A stretch of DNA of 60,829 bases from an uncultured Gammaproteobacteria bacterium. GTDB taxonomy: Bacteria > Pseudomonadota > Gammaproteobacteria > Ga0077536. The stretch is from positions 1 to 60,829 of the forward strand of contig CAZXQY010000004.1 in the NCBI GenBank assembly GCA_964642505.1. Reading direction: 5' to 3'. Under the pieces are notes generated by a model. That model made no database searches. It was not told where the DNA came from and worked only from the letters and a program-made list of their open reading frames with translations. Positions 18,384-28,005 of this stretch are shown here, one piece after another (within the stretch, counting starts at the first letter, position 1; each line of letters begins with the position of its first letter). A program made the position numbers and the translations under genes.

Positions 18384-18869
18384 ATGCAGATATCAGAAAG
18401 TGTTTTGCTACAAATTATTGATTTGATGCCCGTGGCACGATTGTCGCTCGTTACACCTTATGGAAAGCCAGACGCGATGCCTATTGTGTTTGCTAGAGTA
18501 AAGAACAAGATTTTTTCGCCGATAGATGAGAAGCCAAAAAAAAGCTCTAGACTCTCCCGACTGAGCTCTATTCGTGGCAATCCAGATACTTTGCTGCTGT
18601 TGGATCACTACTCTAAAAATTGGTCGGATTTATGGTGGATTCGATTAAATTGTGTGGCTCGAGTAGTGAATGAAGATAATGTTTATTGGGGAAAAGCTGT
18701 TAATCGTTTACTAGAAAAATATACCCAGTACCAGACAGTTGGTCTTTTTAAAGGAGATCAACCAACGATGCTTGAGTTTGAATGGAAAACAGTTCGTTCT
18801 TGGGCGTATTTAGGTGAGAAAGGGTTTACGAATTGGTTGGAAACAAGGAGGGATTCTTCTGTCCCTTAA
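18384..18869 (+). CDS. PPOX-class (split beta-barrel) putative F420-dependent oxidoreductase, Rv0121-like
   Basis: VARL, IDEKPK, LLLDHYSKNWSDLWWIR, LEKYTQY. Confidence 0.8.
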   Translation: MQISESVLLQIIDLMPVARLSLVTPYGKPDAMPIVFARVKNKIFSPIDEKPKKSSRLSRLSSIRGNPDTLLLLDHYSKNWSDLWWIRLNCVARVVNEDNVYWGKAVNRLLEKYTQYQTVGLFKGDQPTMLEFEWKTVRSWAYLGEKGFTNWLETRRDSSVP

Positions 18870-19741
18870 GGACCTCTACCCAAGCGATTTTTTATGTCTA
18901 CGATTTCGTTTAGAACACCGGGAATGTCATCCGATCTTTCGTGCGGGATTAAAAATATGAAACCGTGGTATCCCTCGGAAGCTAAAGACTTTATCGTTTC
19001 ATAATCGAAGGGAGCACCGAAAAGGAGGACGGTCATGTCTTCATAATTTCGCCCAATTTCTAGACAACTCTTCTTGAGATCACTTATTGGATCGGTATTT
19101 CCTTCATAGCGTTCGTATATTGGCATCCATCCGTCAGCATAATCGGCTACCCTGCTCGGTACACGTTTATGATTAGAGCCGATAAAAATTGGCGGCCCTC
19201 CCGGAGTATAAGGTTTCGGAAATTGTTGGATGCTTTCCTCAATCGAAACGAAATCTCCGCTAAAAGTGATGGTTTCCTTTTCCCAGAGAGAGCGTATTAA
19301 AAGAGCATGTTCTTTTACAACGTTCCACCGGTCTTTGAAATTGGTACCATGGTTTTCCATAGCTTCTTTTATCCAACCGCCGGCAATTCCGAATATGACT
19401 CTTCCTTTAGAAAGGTGGTCTAGGGTCGCAATCGATTTCGCGGTGGTAATTGGATCCCTTTCAGTTAACAAGCAAACTCCGGTCCCAAGAAGTATTTTCT
19501 CGGTAACTGCAACACAAGTACTTAGCGCTGTTATAGAATCGAACATTCTAGCGAAAGGTTCTACAATATCGTCCGAGTGATATTTGTTTTTACTGTGAAT
19601 GACTGGTACATGGCTATTTTCTGCAAAGAAAAGCGAATCCAATCCAGCTTTTTCCACTGCGACTGCTATTTCCGCGGGGGGCAGAATTAGGTCCGTCGGC
19701 ATCACACAGACGCCAAATGATAGCTGATTGAAGCCATTCAT
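18866..19741 (-). CDS. LLM-class putative F420-dependent oxidoreductase (Rv2161c-like)
   Basis: AENSHVP, LGTGVCL, RDPITTAKSIATLDHLSKGR, GWIKEAMENHG, DGWMP. Confidence 0.8.
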   Translation of the reverse strand: MNGFNQLSFGVCVMPTDLILPPAEIAVAVEKAGLDSLFFAENSHVPVIHSKNKYHSDDIVEPFARMFDSITALSTCVAVTEKILLGTGVCLLTERDPITTAKSIATLDHLSKGRVIFGIAGGWIKEAMENHGTNFKDRWNVVKEHALLIRSLWEKETITFSGDFVSIEESIQQFPKPYTPGGPPIFIGSNHKRVPSRVADYADGWMPIYERYEGNTDPISDLKKSCLEIGRNYEDMTVLLFGAPFDYETIKSLASEGYHGFIFLIPHERSDDIPGVLNEIVDIKNRLGRGP

Positions 19742-19892
19742 AGGTTTTCTACTCGTTTATTTTTTTAATTATTCACCGCAAGGGTAACATAGGGCATACG
19801 AATTTAGATCAGCGCAGGTCTAATAAATAAAAATAAACTAATATACGGGTCTAGGCAGAAGCATTTTTTCTGATGGCTATAGGAGCGAATTC

Positions 19893-20777
19893 ATGTCGAT
19901 ACACTTGAAGCTAATTGTAGCTACCTTTGTTTGGGGGCTTACTCCAACGCTGGGTAAAATTCTAGCCGCTCTCGAGGCGCCCTTTATTATTACATTCGGA
20001 CGGTTTTTATTTGCGTGTCTATGGCTATTTCCGATTTTAATACTCCAGAAGGAGAGAGTGCTTATTGACAGAGACCTCTTGAAGACGTTCGTCGCCTTGG
20101 GGTTCACAGGGATTCTTTTACACAACGTACTGATGTATAAAGGTCTTGAATATATCAGTGCGAGTATCGCTTCGTTAATTTTTGCCTTTATTGTTGTTCA
20201 AGTTGCAGTCATAGACTCGATTATATATAGGAAATTGCCATCCTTAGGTAGTACTCTAGGAATTATACTGAGTGTGATAGGAATAATAATTGTTGTGGCG
20301 GGGGGCGATTTATCGGATTTAGAAACAGGAGAGTTTGGATGGGGTATATTTTTGATTTTCGGCTCTGCGCTTTCTTGGGCTATTTATACTGTTGTTAGTA
20401 GGAGAGCTTTGCGACAGCATAGCCCCTTGATCGTTACGAGTTATGCTTCTCTAGCCGGGTTAGCGCTTACATTACCTTTCCCAATAACAAACTTTAAAAC
20501 AACAACCTTTATCTTTAGTGATTCTAGTTCGATTTTATTCGTGATTTTTTTAGGTGTCGCCAGCTCTGCCATAACATTTATCTGGCATCATCAAGCAATC
20601 AAAAAGCTAGGAGTTTTATCTACCTCTATTTACCTGAATCTAATGCCTATTTTTGGAGTTTTAAGTGCTGCTTTGATTTTAGGTGAGACTATTGACAGAT
20701 ATGTTCTGGTTGGAGGTGTTCTAGTTATTTGTGGAATTGTTTTAGTTAATCTAAAGGAGGGACAACCTGTTCAATAG
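19893..20777 (+). CDS. DMT/EamA family transporter
   Basis: Ten hydrophobic segments, WG...R, SWAIYTV, NLMPIFG, LGE motifs. Confidence 0.9.
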   Translation: MSIHLKLIVATFVWGLTPTLGKILAALEAPFIITFGRFLFACLWLFPILILQKERVLIDRDLLKTFVALGFTGILLHNVLMYKGLEYISASIASLIFAFIVVQVAVIDSIIYRKLPSLGSTLGIILSVIGIIIVVAGGDLSDLETGEFGWGIFLIFGSALSWAIYTVVSRRALRQHSPLIVTSYASLAGLALTLPFPITNFKTTTFIFSDSSSILFVIFLGVASSAITFIWHHQAIKKLGVLSTSIYLNLMPIFGVLSAALILGETIDRYVLVGGVLVICGIVLVNLKEGQPVQ

Positions 20778-21921
20778 CTCGTTTTTTTCCCTTGCCAGCT
20801 ACAAATAATACAAGGGTTAAGCCTAAGCTTATGTGCATTACTGTATTCCAGCTCGTTAGCTCAAAAACTAAGATAGCCCAGATCGATCCACAAAAGGCAC
20901 CTAGGTAGTAGAAAATCATATAAAGTGAATTGGCTTGGCCGAGTCCTCTTTCGATCTTTCGATTAAGCCTAGCGGTTGCGGTCGTATGTATCGTAAAAAA
21001 CCCGAAGCAAATACCGCTTAGTCCTATAATGATGTGAAACATTTCCTGCCCCTTTAAAACCCAAATGCTGATAAACAGAATTATAATCCCTGTGGAAAGT
21101 GTTCTCCTCGATCCATAACGAACTGTGGAGTAGCCTGCCAGGGGGCCAACGACAAGTCCAATAATATAGACACAATAGATAAGGCTGACTATGTCACTAG
21201 AAAGATTATATTGCGGTGAATCCAATCTGAAAGGCAGGGTGTTAAAGACGGCCGAAAAAATCGTTTGTCCAAAAAATGCGCAAATAAGAGAAATTCGAAT
21301 TTTTCTATCTAGAAATATCTCTCGGTATGTAATTCGCTCCTCTTGTTTGTTTTTCCAATCACTTGATTTTGGAACAAGGAGACGGATGAATATACAGGAA
21401 AGCAAGATGAGGGAACCTGAAAGCAGAAAAGAGGTCTGCCAGTAATTTACACTATTCGCTACCCCACCTATCACTCTGCCACACATCCCACCCAATATAG
21501 TAGCCGTCACATACCAGGCAATACCTCGCACAATATTGTTCTGTCTTACGGTTTTTGATAGTGACGCAGCTATGGCAGAGGTTAGAAAGGGTATTAAAAA
21601 ACCTTGCAAAAACCTAGACGTTACTAAAACAAATAAATCTGAGGTGAAGGCACAAATAACATCACAAATTAGTAGTAAGGCACTGCCCACGTAAGCGAGA
21701 TAGGATATCGGGTATTTTTCGCTCAGGATACCGGACGGTATGCTTCCCAATGTGATTCCTGCCAAAACCAAAGAAATAGATAAGGAGGCCTGAAAGGGTG
21801 AAGCACCGAAGTTTCTACCGATCGCAGGAAGGATAGGCTGCGTGATGTAGATGGTTGTGAATGCAGAGAAAACAATAATGAAGGACGACAGAATAACTTT
21901 ATCGTCAGTCGTTAGCGTCAT
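20746..21921 (-). CDS. MFS transporter (YnfM-like)
   Basis: YITQPILP, RFLQG, GGMCGR, ANSLY..FYYLG. Confidence 0.85.
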   Translation of the reverse strand: MTLTTDDKVILSSFIIVFSAFTTIYITQPILPAIGRNFGASPFQASLSISLVLAGITLGSIPSGILSEKYPISYLAYVGSALLLICDVICAFTSDLFVLVTSRFLQGFLIPFLTSAIAASLSKTVRQNNIVRGIAWYVTATILGGMCGRVIGGVANSVNYWQTSFLLSGSLILLSCIFIRLLVPKSSDWKNKQEERITYREIFLDRKIRISLICAFFGQTIFSAVFNTLPFRLDSPQYNLSSDIVSLIYCVYIIGLVVGPLAGYSTVRYGSRRTLSTGIIILFISIWVLKGQEMFHIIIGLSGICFGFFTIHTTATARLNRKIERGLGQANSLYMIFYYLGAFCGSIWAILVFELTSWNTVMHISLGLTLVLFVAGKGKKRAIEQVVPPLD

Positions 21922-21925
21922 CTTC

Positions 21926-22933
21926 TTATTGGTTGAAACAACAAAAATATTGTTTTCTAGCTATTGCAGTGATCCATCTTAGTAGTTCTGAAAAAACGTT
22001 TTGTTCTTTAAGCTCATTGTCCCATTCTGGATCACTGGCGGGAAGAGGTAGTGCAGAAGAACGGGAAAAAAGCGCAGCACATCCCATATATGAACCGTTC
22101 TGTGACTCTAAAACGCTTTTTAAGATTTTAGAATATCGGTTCTCAAGGTCGTTGTTCAAACACCACACAAAGCGACCGTTATCTTCTATGAGTTCCAAGT
22201 CTCCCGTCCCGTCCCAAATCATGGAGGAAGAATTCGACGAACAAGCGCTTGCTAAGGAAATGAAGGAAGCCAAGCTGCCGCTTCCCAGTCTAAAGATCAA
22301 CTCTCTAGTATCTCTCCAGATTTGCTCTATGATGGGGGCAGTCGGTTCTTTTTTGAATCGTTCTAAGTAGGCAAAATCAGATCGGTAGAGAAGATTCCAG
22401 CAAAGGTAGATGGCGGTCATGGTTCCGCCTGTTACAAGAGTTGGTGCCTCTGCTTGTGGTATCCGGTCTAGATCGCGTTTTCTTGGGAGCAGCATTCTTA
22501 AAGAGACGAAATCGTTTGTACTTATTTTAAAGGGAACATTTTTATCGGGTTTCTCTATCAAAGAATTAGCCCAATTTTCACTAGCGACAGAAATGCATTT
22601 TTCCATCAAAGCTATGGAAGAGAAAACGGAACCTAGTTTCAAATTGACTGATCGATCACCCGGTCCATTTTTGTCCTGGACATACGCGCTCTTTAAATCT
22701 TCTGCTTTTAGTAGTACCTGTTCGTTCTCTATCGTTATTTTTAGAGACAAGCCTAATTTCTCGGGATCGGATTTAATGACTTCGCACAGGTATGGCCAGA
22801 AATTCTGAACGTAGAGAACACTTACGTTATTAGAAGTTCCTGGGTCCTTTTGTTCGATATTAGAAGTAGCTAGCCTATCATGTCTAAGGCCACTATTCGT
22901 TTCATCGATTAACGCTTCGACACTTAAAACCAT
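21926..22933 (-). CDS. Hypothetical protein
   Basis: 335-codon ORF filling the gap between amidase and MFS, co-oriented; no family recognised. Confidence 0.7.
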   Translation of the reverse strand: MVLSVEALIDETNSGLRHDRLATSNIEQKDPGTSNNVSVLYVQNFWPYLCEVIKSDPEKLGLSLKITIENEQVLLKAEDLKSAYVQDKNGPGDRSVNLKLGSVFSSIALMEKCISVASENWANSLIEKPDKNVPFKISTNDFVSLRMLLPRKRDLDRIPQAEAPTLVTGGTMTAIYLCWNLLYRSDFAYLERFKKEPTAPIIEQIWRDTRELIFRLGSGSLASFISLASACSSNSSSMIWDGTGDLELIEDNGRFVWCLNNDLENRYSKILKSVLESQNGSYMGCAALFSRSSALPLPASDPEWDNELKEQNVFSELLRWITAIARKQYFCCFNQ

Positions 22934-22968
22934 AATTCTAATTTCTAGGAATAATTGATGATCAAAGT

Positions 22969-24474
22969 TTAGGATAACGTTTCGAAGGCATTTCCGAGTT
23001 TCAAAATATCTTCTTCCCTATTACGTTTCCCTATCAACATCATACCGACCGGCATGTCATCAGATAATCCGCAAGGTATGGTTATAGCGGGGTGGCCTGT
23101 CACGTCGAAAGGACAAGTGTTGTTAATCATTTCTAAGGCCCTGGCCACATATTCCTCTCTGGAACAAGTAGGTTCTGGAATGTCGGTAGCGACCATGGGT
23201 ACTGTTGGCATCAGCAAGGCATCGAAGCTATTTAGTTGCTGGTCATATGCAGCAGAGAGTTGTCGGGATAGATTTTGAGCAATAGAATAAAAACGTCCCT
23301 GGTAACGATCTGTCATATATTGACCTGTCAGCATGACAAGCTTCGTCGTTTCGGAAAGATCATTGGGTCTTGTTAGGCGTCCTTTGGAAAAGTAGTCTAG
23401 AAGACTGGTATTATAAGCGCCTTTCCAATTTGTTCCCATACCGTTTCCTTTTATCATTAACGAATTAGCGCCTTCTAGGGCTATAGCATTCCAGATATGG
23501 ATGCCATCTTTATGCATCGGTATCGATACCTCTTGGATTTCAACGTTAAGTTCCGTATATTTTTTGCTAGCTTCTAGAACAACTCGGTCTACGTCGTTCT
23601 CTGACAGGTTGTCCCAACCGAATCCTTCTTTTATTACCCCTATTCTCATGCCGGAGCAGCTCTTGTCGAGACACGAGGAGTAAGATGTTTTCTTGGGCAT
23701 AGCGCTTTGCCTTGGATCTAAGCCGTCCGATCCTGCGATTACGTCTAGCAGTAGGGCACAGTCGCTTACGTTTTTCGTAATCGGGCCCAAATGATCTAGG
23801 GTAATCTCTATCGGGAAGGCTCCCGTATAGGGGACTAGTCCAAAAGTGGGCTTTAGACCAACCACTCCACACCAACTCGCTGGCATCCTTATCGAGCCAC
23901 CTTGGTCTCCACCGAGTGCCATATCTACTTCCTCGGCTGCGACTAGAGCGGCACTGCCGCTTGAAGATCCACCGCTAGATTTAGAATGATTATGAGGGTT
24001 TTTTACGGGGCCTGTGTCGTTTGTGTGGCTCGCACCAGAAAAGCACAAATTTTCACAAACCGATTTTCCGACAATCGTACCGCCTGCACTCAAAATTCGT
24101 GTTACCACTGTAGCGTCAGTATCTGGAATGTAACCTTCTAGCACTGAAGAGCCGTTCATCATAGGTATTCCAGCGACACAAATATTATCCTTTACGACTA
24201 TCGAGCGTTCCTTTAACTTTCCGCCCTTGCTGCCTTTTATATCGCATTTTTGGTACCAAGCGTTTAGAAGATTTTCGCTTGCAGCAGGTCTATAAGAATG
24301 AGTTCGTCGATACTTAGATTGTTTCTCCGGCACTAGCTCAGTGAGTCTGTCATAGGAGGCTAAAGTTAGATCCATCAGGCCTCGAAAAGAGTCTATGTCT
24401 TCTTTGTCAAGGTCTAGTCCAAAAAATTTTCCAATTTTCTCTACTTCGGCTAAAGACGGTCTGTGGATTTTCAT
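22969..24474 (-). CDS. Amidase (amidase-signature family)
   Basis: VKDN, GGSSSGS, GGDQGGSIRMPA. Confidence 0.92.
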   Translation of the reverse strand: MKIHRPSLAEVEKIGKFFGLDLDKEDIDSFRGLMDLTLASYDRLTELVPEKQSKYRRTHSYRPAASENLLNAWYQKCDIKGSKGGKLKERSIVVKDNICVAGIPMMNGSSVLEGYIPDTDATVVTRILSAGGTIVGKSVCENLCFSGASHTNDTGPVKNPHNHSKSSGGSSSGSAALVAAEEVDMALGGDQGGSIRMPASWCGVVGLKPTFGLVPYTGAFPIEITLDHLGPITKNVSDCALLLDVIAGSDGLDPRQSAMPKKTSYSSCLDKSCSGMRIGVIKEGFGWDNLSENDVDRVVLEASKKYTELNVEIQEVSIPMHKDGIHIWNAIALEGANSLMIKGNGMGTNWKGAYNTSLLDYFSKGRLTRPNDLSETTKLVMLTGQYMTDRYQGRFYSIAQNLSRQLSAAYDQQLNSFDALLMPTVPMVATDIPEPTCSREEYVARALEMINNTCPFDVTGHPAITIPCGLSDDMPVGMMLIGKRNREEDILKLGNAFETLS

Positions 24475-24567
24475 TTCTTGTCTCCTGTATAGAGAGCTTA
24501 ATGTACACTTCTTTCTTCAAAGGGTATAGTCGGATTTTTAGAGCAATATAGGACGTTCAATTTCTAA

Positions 24568-25242
24568 TTGAAAAACAAAAAAATAAGCGGAAAAATTTAT
24601 GTTTGGGATATAGGAATACGTTTGTTTCACGGTAGTTTGATTGTTCTGCTTTTGATTTCGTGGTGGACAGGGAACGAAGGTGGAGTATATTTGCGGTATC
24701 ATTTTTGGTCAGGATATTGCGTTCTGACCCTGATTCTTTTTAGGGTTATGTGGGGGTTTGTTGGAAGCACAACAGCTCGATTTAACTATTTCATACGATC
24801 GCCGAAAACGGTTATGTATTTCTTTAAAGATTTAGTACGGCGAGAAAAGTACGAAGGACTGAGTCATAACCCAGCGGGGTCCTACATGGTTGTGGTGTTG
24901 ATTGTTATTCTTCTTGTACAGGTCCTGACTGGTTTTTTTTCCGATGATGAAATCTTTAACGAAGGGCCATTCAGACATTATATAACTAGCGACTTTGCAA
25001 GTGAATTGACGGCTCTACACCATCTTGGATTCAATATCATATTGGTTTTAGTAGTGATCCATATTTTGGCCGTTATGTGGCACGAGCTAGCGAAAGGTGA
25101 ACGACTAGTTTGGCCCATGATCACGGGAAAGAAAAAATTGTGCCAGGAAACACCGAATCTGTTTTTTGCTTCCGGACGCCGCATGGTAATTAGCTTTATT
25201 CTTTCGGTTATTATAGTCTGGGCTATGGTGACGTTATTTTAA
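24568..25242 (+). CDS. Cytochrome b (Ni/Fe-hydrogenase b-type / b561-like)
   Basis: VWD..IRLFH, HFWSGY, HNPAG, LHH, IH..A, MITG. Confidence 0.88.
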   Translation: MKNKKISGKIYVWDIGIRLFHGSLIVLLLISWWTGNEGGVYLRYHFWSGYCVLTLILFRVMWGFVGSTTARFNYFIRSPKTVMYFFKDLVRREKYEGLSHNPAGSYMVVVLIVILLVQVLTGFFSDDEIFNEGPFRHYITSDFASELTALHHLGFNIILVLVVIHILAVMWHELAKGERLVWPMITGKKKLCQETPNLFFASGRRMVISFILSVIIVWAMVTLF

Positions 25243-25250
25243 GGGAGCAA

Positions 25251-25706
25251 ATGATGAAGAAGCGATTAATAATTCTAGTGGCATTAGTTGGCAGTTTTTT
25301 ATTGCCTTTCTCCGCGGCTTCAGATCCACTAGAGGATACTGTTACTTATCGACAGGGTATCTTATTCGGCATTGGTTGGAACGTAGGTGCGATGGGGGCG
25401 ATGGTGAAAGGAGACGTTTCTTTTGATAGGGATAAATTCGTGTTTCTAGCGCAACGTACTTCTGTTTTAATTCCGATGGTTTTGGAAGGCTTTAAGTTAG
25501 AAACCAAAGAGATCGAGTCGAACACTAAATCGAATGCCTGGTCCAACTTGAGCGACTTCGAAGAAAGATTCTCGACCTTGTCTAAAGGAGCTGAAGAACT
25601 GGTTCGTATAGCTGAAGTTGGCACTGAGTCAGAAATAAAGAAGCAGTTCGGGGTTACTGCAAAACAGTGTAAAGGTTGCCACGATAAGTATAAAAAGAGC
25701 AACTGA
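25251..25706 (+). CDS. Cytochrome c' (class II cytochrome c)
   Basis: Signal peptide, YRQ motif, C-terminal CKGCHDKY. Confidence 0.9.
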   Translation: MMKKRLIILVALVGSFLLPFSAASDPLEDTVTYRQGILFGIGWNVGAMGAMVKGDVSFDRDKFVFLAQRTSVLIPMVLEGFKLETKEIESNTKSNAWSNLSDFEERFSTLSKGAEELVRIAEVGTESEIKKQFGVTAKQCKGCHDKYKKSN

Positions 25707-25710
25707 TTTG

Positions 25711-27993
25711 TCACGTGCTTAAATGGGGTTTGGTGTCCCAAAGAAGGGGTTCGTCGGACAAGGCAATTTCGTTATCGAAGAGAATTCCACAACCAGGACA
25801 ATAAAAAGATCGGAATTCAACAGTATCATCGATATGTGTATCAGGTTTCCCGATCAGAGGATTAATCTCTTGGAATTCTTTCTTTTCCTGAACGCACTTA
25901 ACTTTGTAGTTTTGATTACTTTCCCCCAGATCTAGGCTACATTTTCTGCAAGCCCAAAAAGAACCCTTTTTATCTGATCGAAGTTGTAAAAATTCAGAAA
26001 CGTCGTGGAGTACTTCTCCAGTGCGAGTTGGTTTTCTATTTTTGTCTCTTCTCTTATTCCGTATGTTTCTACGATTATCAACGGTTTTTTCAGCATCGAT
26101 TTTTCCGTCACCGCCCATAATAACGCCATAAATATCTCGAGCAGCAGATTGACTGACAGCAAAATTATCTAAATCTTCTTGGATTTTATCGAAATTTCTT
26201 TCAAAAGGATCACCAAATCCCCCTCCACCGCTCCAACGAACGGAATATACGTCAGAAGGGTTTTGTTCGAAATTTTGTTGTCTTAACTCTAATTCAATAC
26301 TATCACCTTCCAGATCCATTATGTCTTCGGGCATTTTGCCGCTGATCAGACGTTGGAGGATATCGCTATTTTTGACAAATTTGTAGGCGTTGGTAGTAGA
26401 CGGGAGTCCTCCCATTAAGCCAGATGAAGTAGGAATAGCGTTGCCTGAGGAGAGGGTGTCTTGAGTGATCGAAGTTGTGTTATTTGGTATAAAACAAGAT
26501 TCGGCGGATAGTCCGCCTCGGAATTTTCCTGCACCGCCAGAGTCTGTGAGTTCCTTTCTGTATAGGAACAGTATGGGAAAATTCTGTTCTGTGTGCTCTA
26601 CATTGGGCAGCTGGCAGATGGGTGTTCTGGATTGGCCTCCGGTATTGATACCATCACCCGACGCAAAAGCTCCGATCGCTCCTCCTATCGGATCGATTAG
26701 TAAATAGCCGTACTGTTCTCCCCATTGATCGATTCCTCTAAATAAAGTGGCGGGCCATTGGCTGGTGCCACCAATACACATGATATCGTTTCGCAATCGA
26801 GGGTTCGGATAAATCATTTTAGAGATAACGTTGTAGGCTGGATATAAAGATATTTCCATGGACTGGATAGGGGCTGTGGAAACAGAAGCCGGATAATTTG
26901 CGCAGTTCAAGGTTCCCGGAGTCGGATCAAACTTTATATGCCTAAGGGCTCCCCCAACGGCGAAGTATTGGTCCCAGCAGAGTAGCTCGTTTAATGCGAC
27001 CATGATCGAGCCCCTCCAGCCAGAAAACGTCGCGTTCATAGCTCCCTCTTGTGGGGCTGATCCATCGTTGTAAAAAGTGAGAGAAGAGCCTTTTTTACGC
27101 AATCCTATCATTACGCGATGAGTGCGACGGTCACCTGGTCTGCAAGCCTCTATGTAAGTTCTGTCGATCCAATTTCCATCAGGTAGGGAGGCCATCTTTT
27201 CTAAGTAGGCTTTTTCAGAGTTTTCGATGATCTGCTTCATCACTCCTTTTACGGTTTTTGCACCATATCGTTTTAACAACTCTAAGATTCTTTCACGAGC
27301 TGTTGTATTACCGGCGACTTGAGCTCGAAAATCCAGGGCTACTAAATTGGGTTTCCTAGAAGAACGTAAATAAACTGCCTCTATATCTTTTCTGACTTCG
27401 TAGTTTTCTATTATTTTCAAGGGTGGAAGCATCAGTCCTTCATCAAATACAGATTCTGCGGCTGGACAAAAACTGCCCGGTGTAATACCGCCTATGTCGT
27501 ATTGGTGAAGACAGTTCGCAATCCAGCAGAATAATTCTCCTTCCCAGAAAATCGGGCAGAGCAGCATCACGTCTTGTTGATGGGCCGCACCGACCCAGGG
27601 GTCATTTGCGATGAACATGTCTCCTTCTGAAATACCAGGATTTTCGCTTCTGAATTCCATGGTCCACTTAATTTGGGTGTCAGTCACACCTGACATATAT
27701 TGCATATAAGGTCCGAAATAAACGAACTCGGCATCTTCAGTCAGGATGGAAGGATTAAGATCTAAGGCATACATCGCAACCGGAGAACCGGATAGCCGCT
27801 GGATAGTCGCTCCATGCTCTTCATTAATCTGCCAGAGATTATGCCGTACCACCTCGTAAGTTACGGGGTCTACTTTTGAGTCCCATTCGGAGTGCAAGAT
27901 CAGTTTTTCGGAAATCGTAAGTTTGTCGGGAGGTATATACGGATTTTCAATTCCGTTGAAATCGATATCTGTTATTTCACTGATTCGGGGCAT
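25711..27993 (-). CDS. Hydantoinase B/oxoprolinase-family subunit fused to an acetone-carboxylase gamma-like Zn domain
   Basis: DPVTYEV, NDPW..AHQQD, HQYDIGG..PGS, DSGGAGKFRGG, GGGGFGDP; C-terminal CRKC...FYCPGC. Confidence 0.85.
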   Translation of the reverse strand: MPRISEITDIDFNGIENPYIPPDKLTISEKLILHSEWDSKVDPVTYEVVRHNLWQINEEHGATIQRLSGSPVAMYALDLNPSILTEDAEFVYFGPYMQYMSGVTDTQIKWTMEFRSENPGISEGDMFIANDPWVGAAHQQDVMLLCPIFWEGELFCWIANCLHQYDIGGITPGSFCPAAESVFDEGLMLPPLKIIENYEVRKDIEAVYLRSSRKPNLVALDFRAQVAGNTTARERILELLKRYGAKTVKGVMKQIIENSEKAYLEKMASLPDGNWIDRTYIEACRPGDRRTHRVMIGLRKKGSSLTFYNDGSAPQEGAMNATFSGWRGSIMVALNELLCWDQYFAVGGALRHIKFDPTPGTLNCANYPASVSTAPIQSMEISLYPAYNVISKMIYPNPRLRNDIMCIGGTSQWPATLFRGIDQWGEQYGYLLIDPIGGAIGAFASGDGINTGGQSRTPICQLPNVEHTEQNFPILFLYRKELTDSGGAGKFRGGLSAESCFIPNNTTSITQDTLSSGNAIPTSSGLMGGLPSTTNAYKFVKNSDILQRLISGKMPEDIMDLEGDSIELELRQQNFEQNPSDVYSVRWSGGGGFGDPFERNFDKIQEDLDNFAVSQSAARDIYGVIMGGDGKIDAEKTVDNRRNIRNKRRDKNRKPTRTGEVLHDVSEFLQLRSDKKGSFWACRKCSLDLGESNQNYKVKCVQEKKEFQEINPLIGKPDTHIDDTVEFRSFYCPGCGILFDNEIALSDEPLLWDTKPHLST

Positions 27994-28005
27994 CGTAGAG
28001 ATCCT

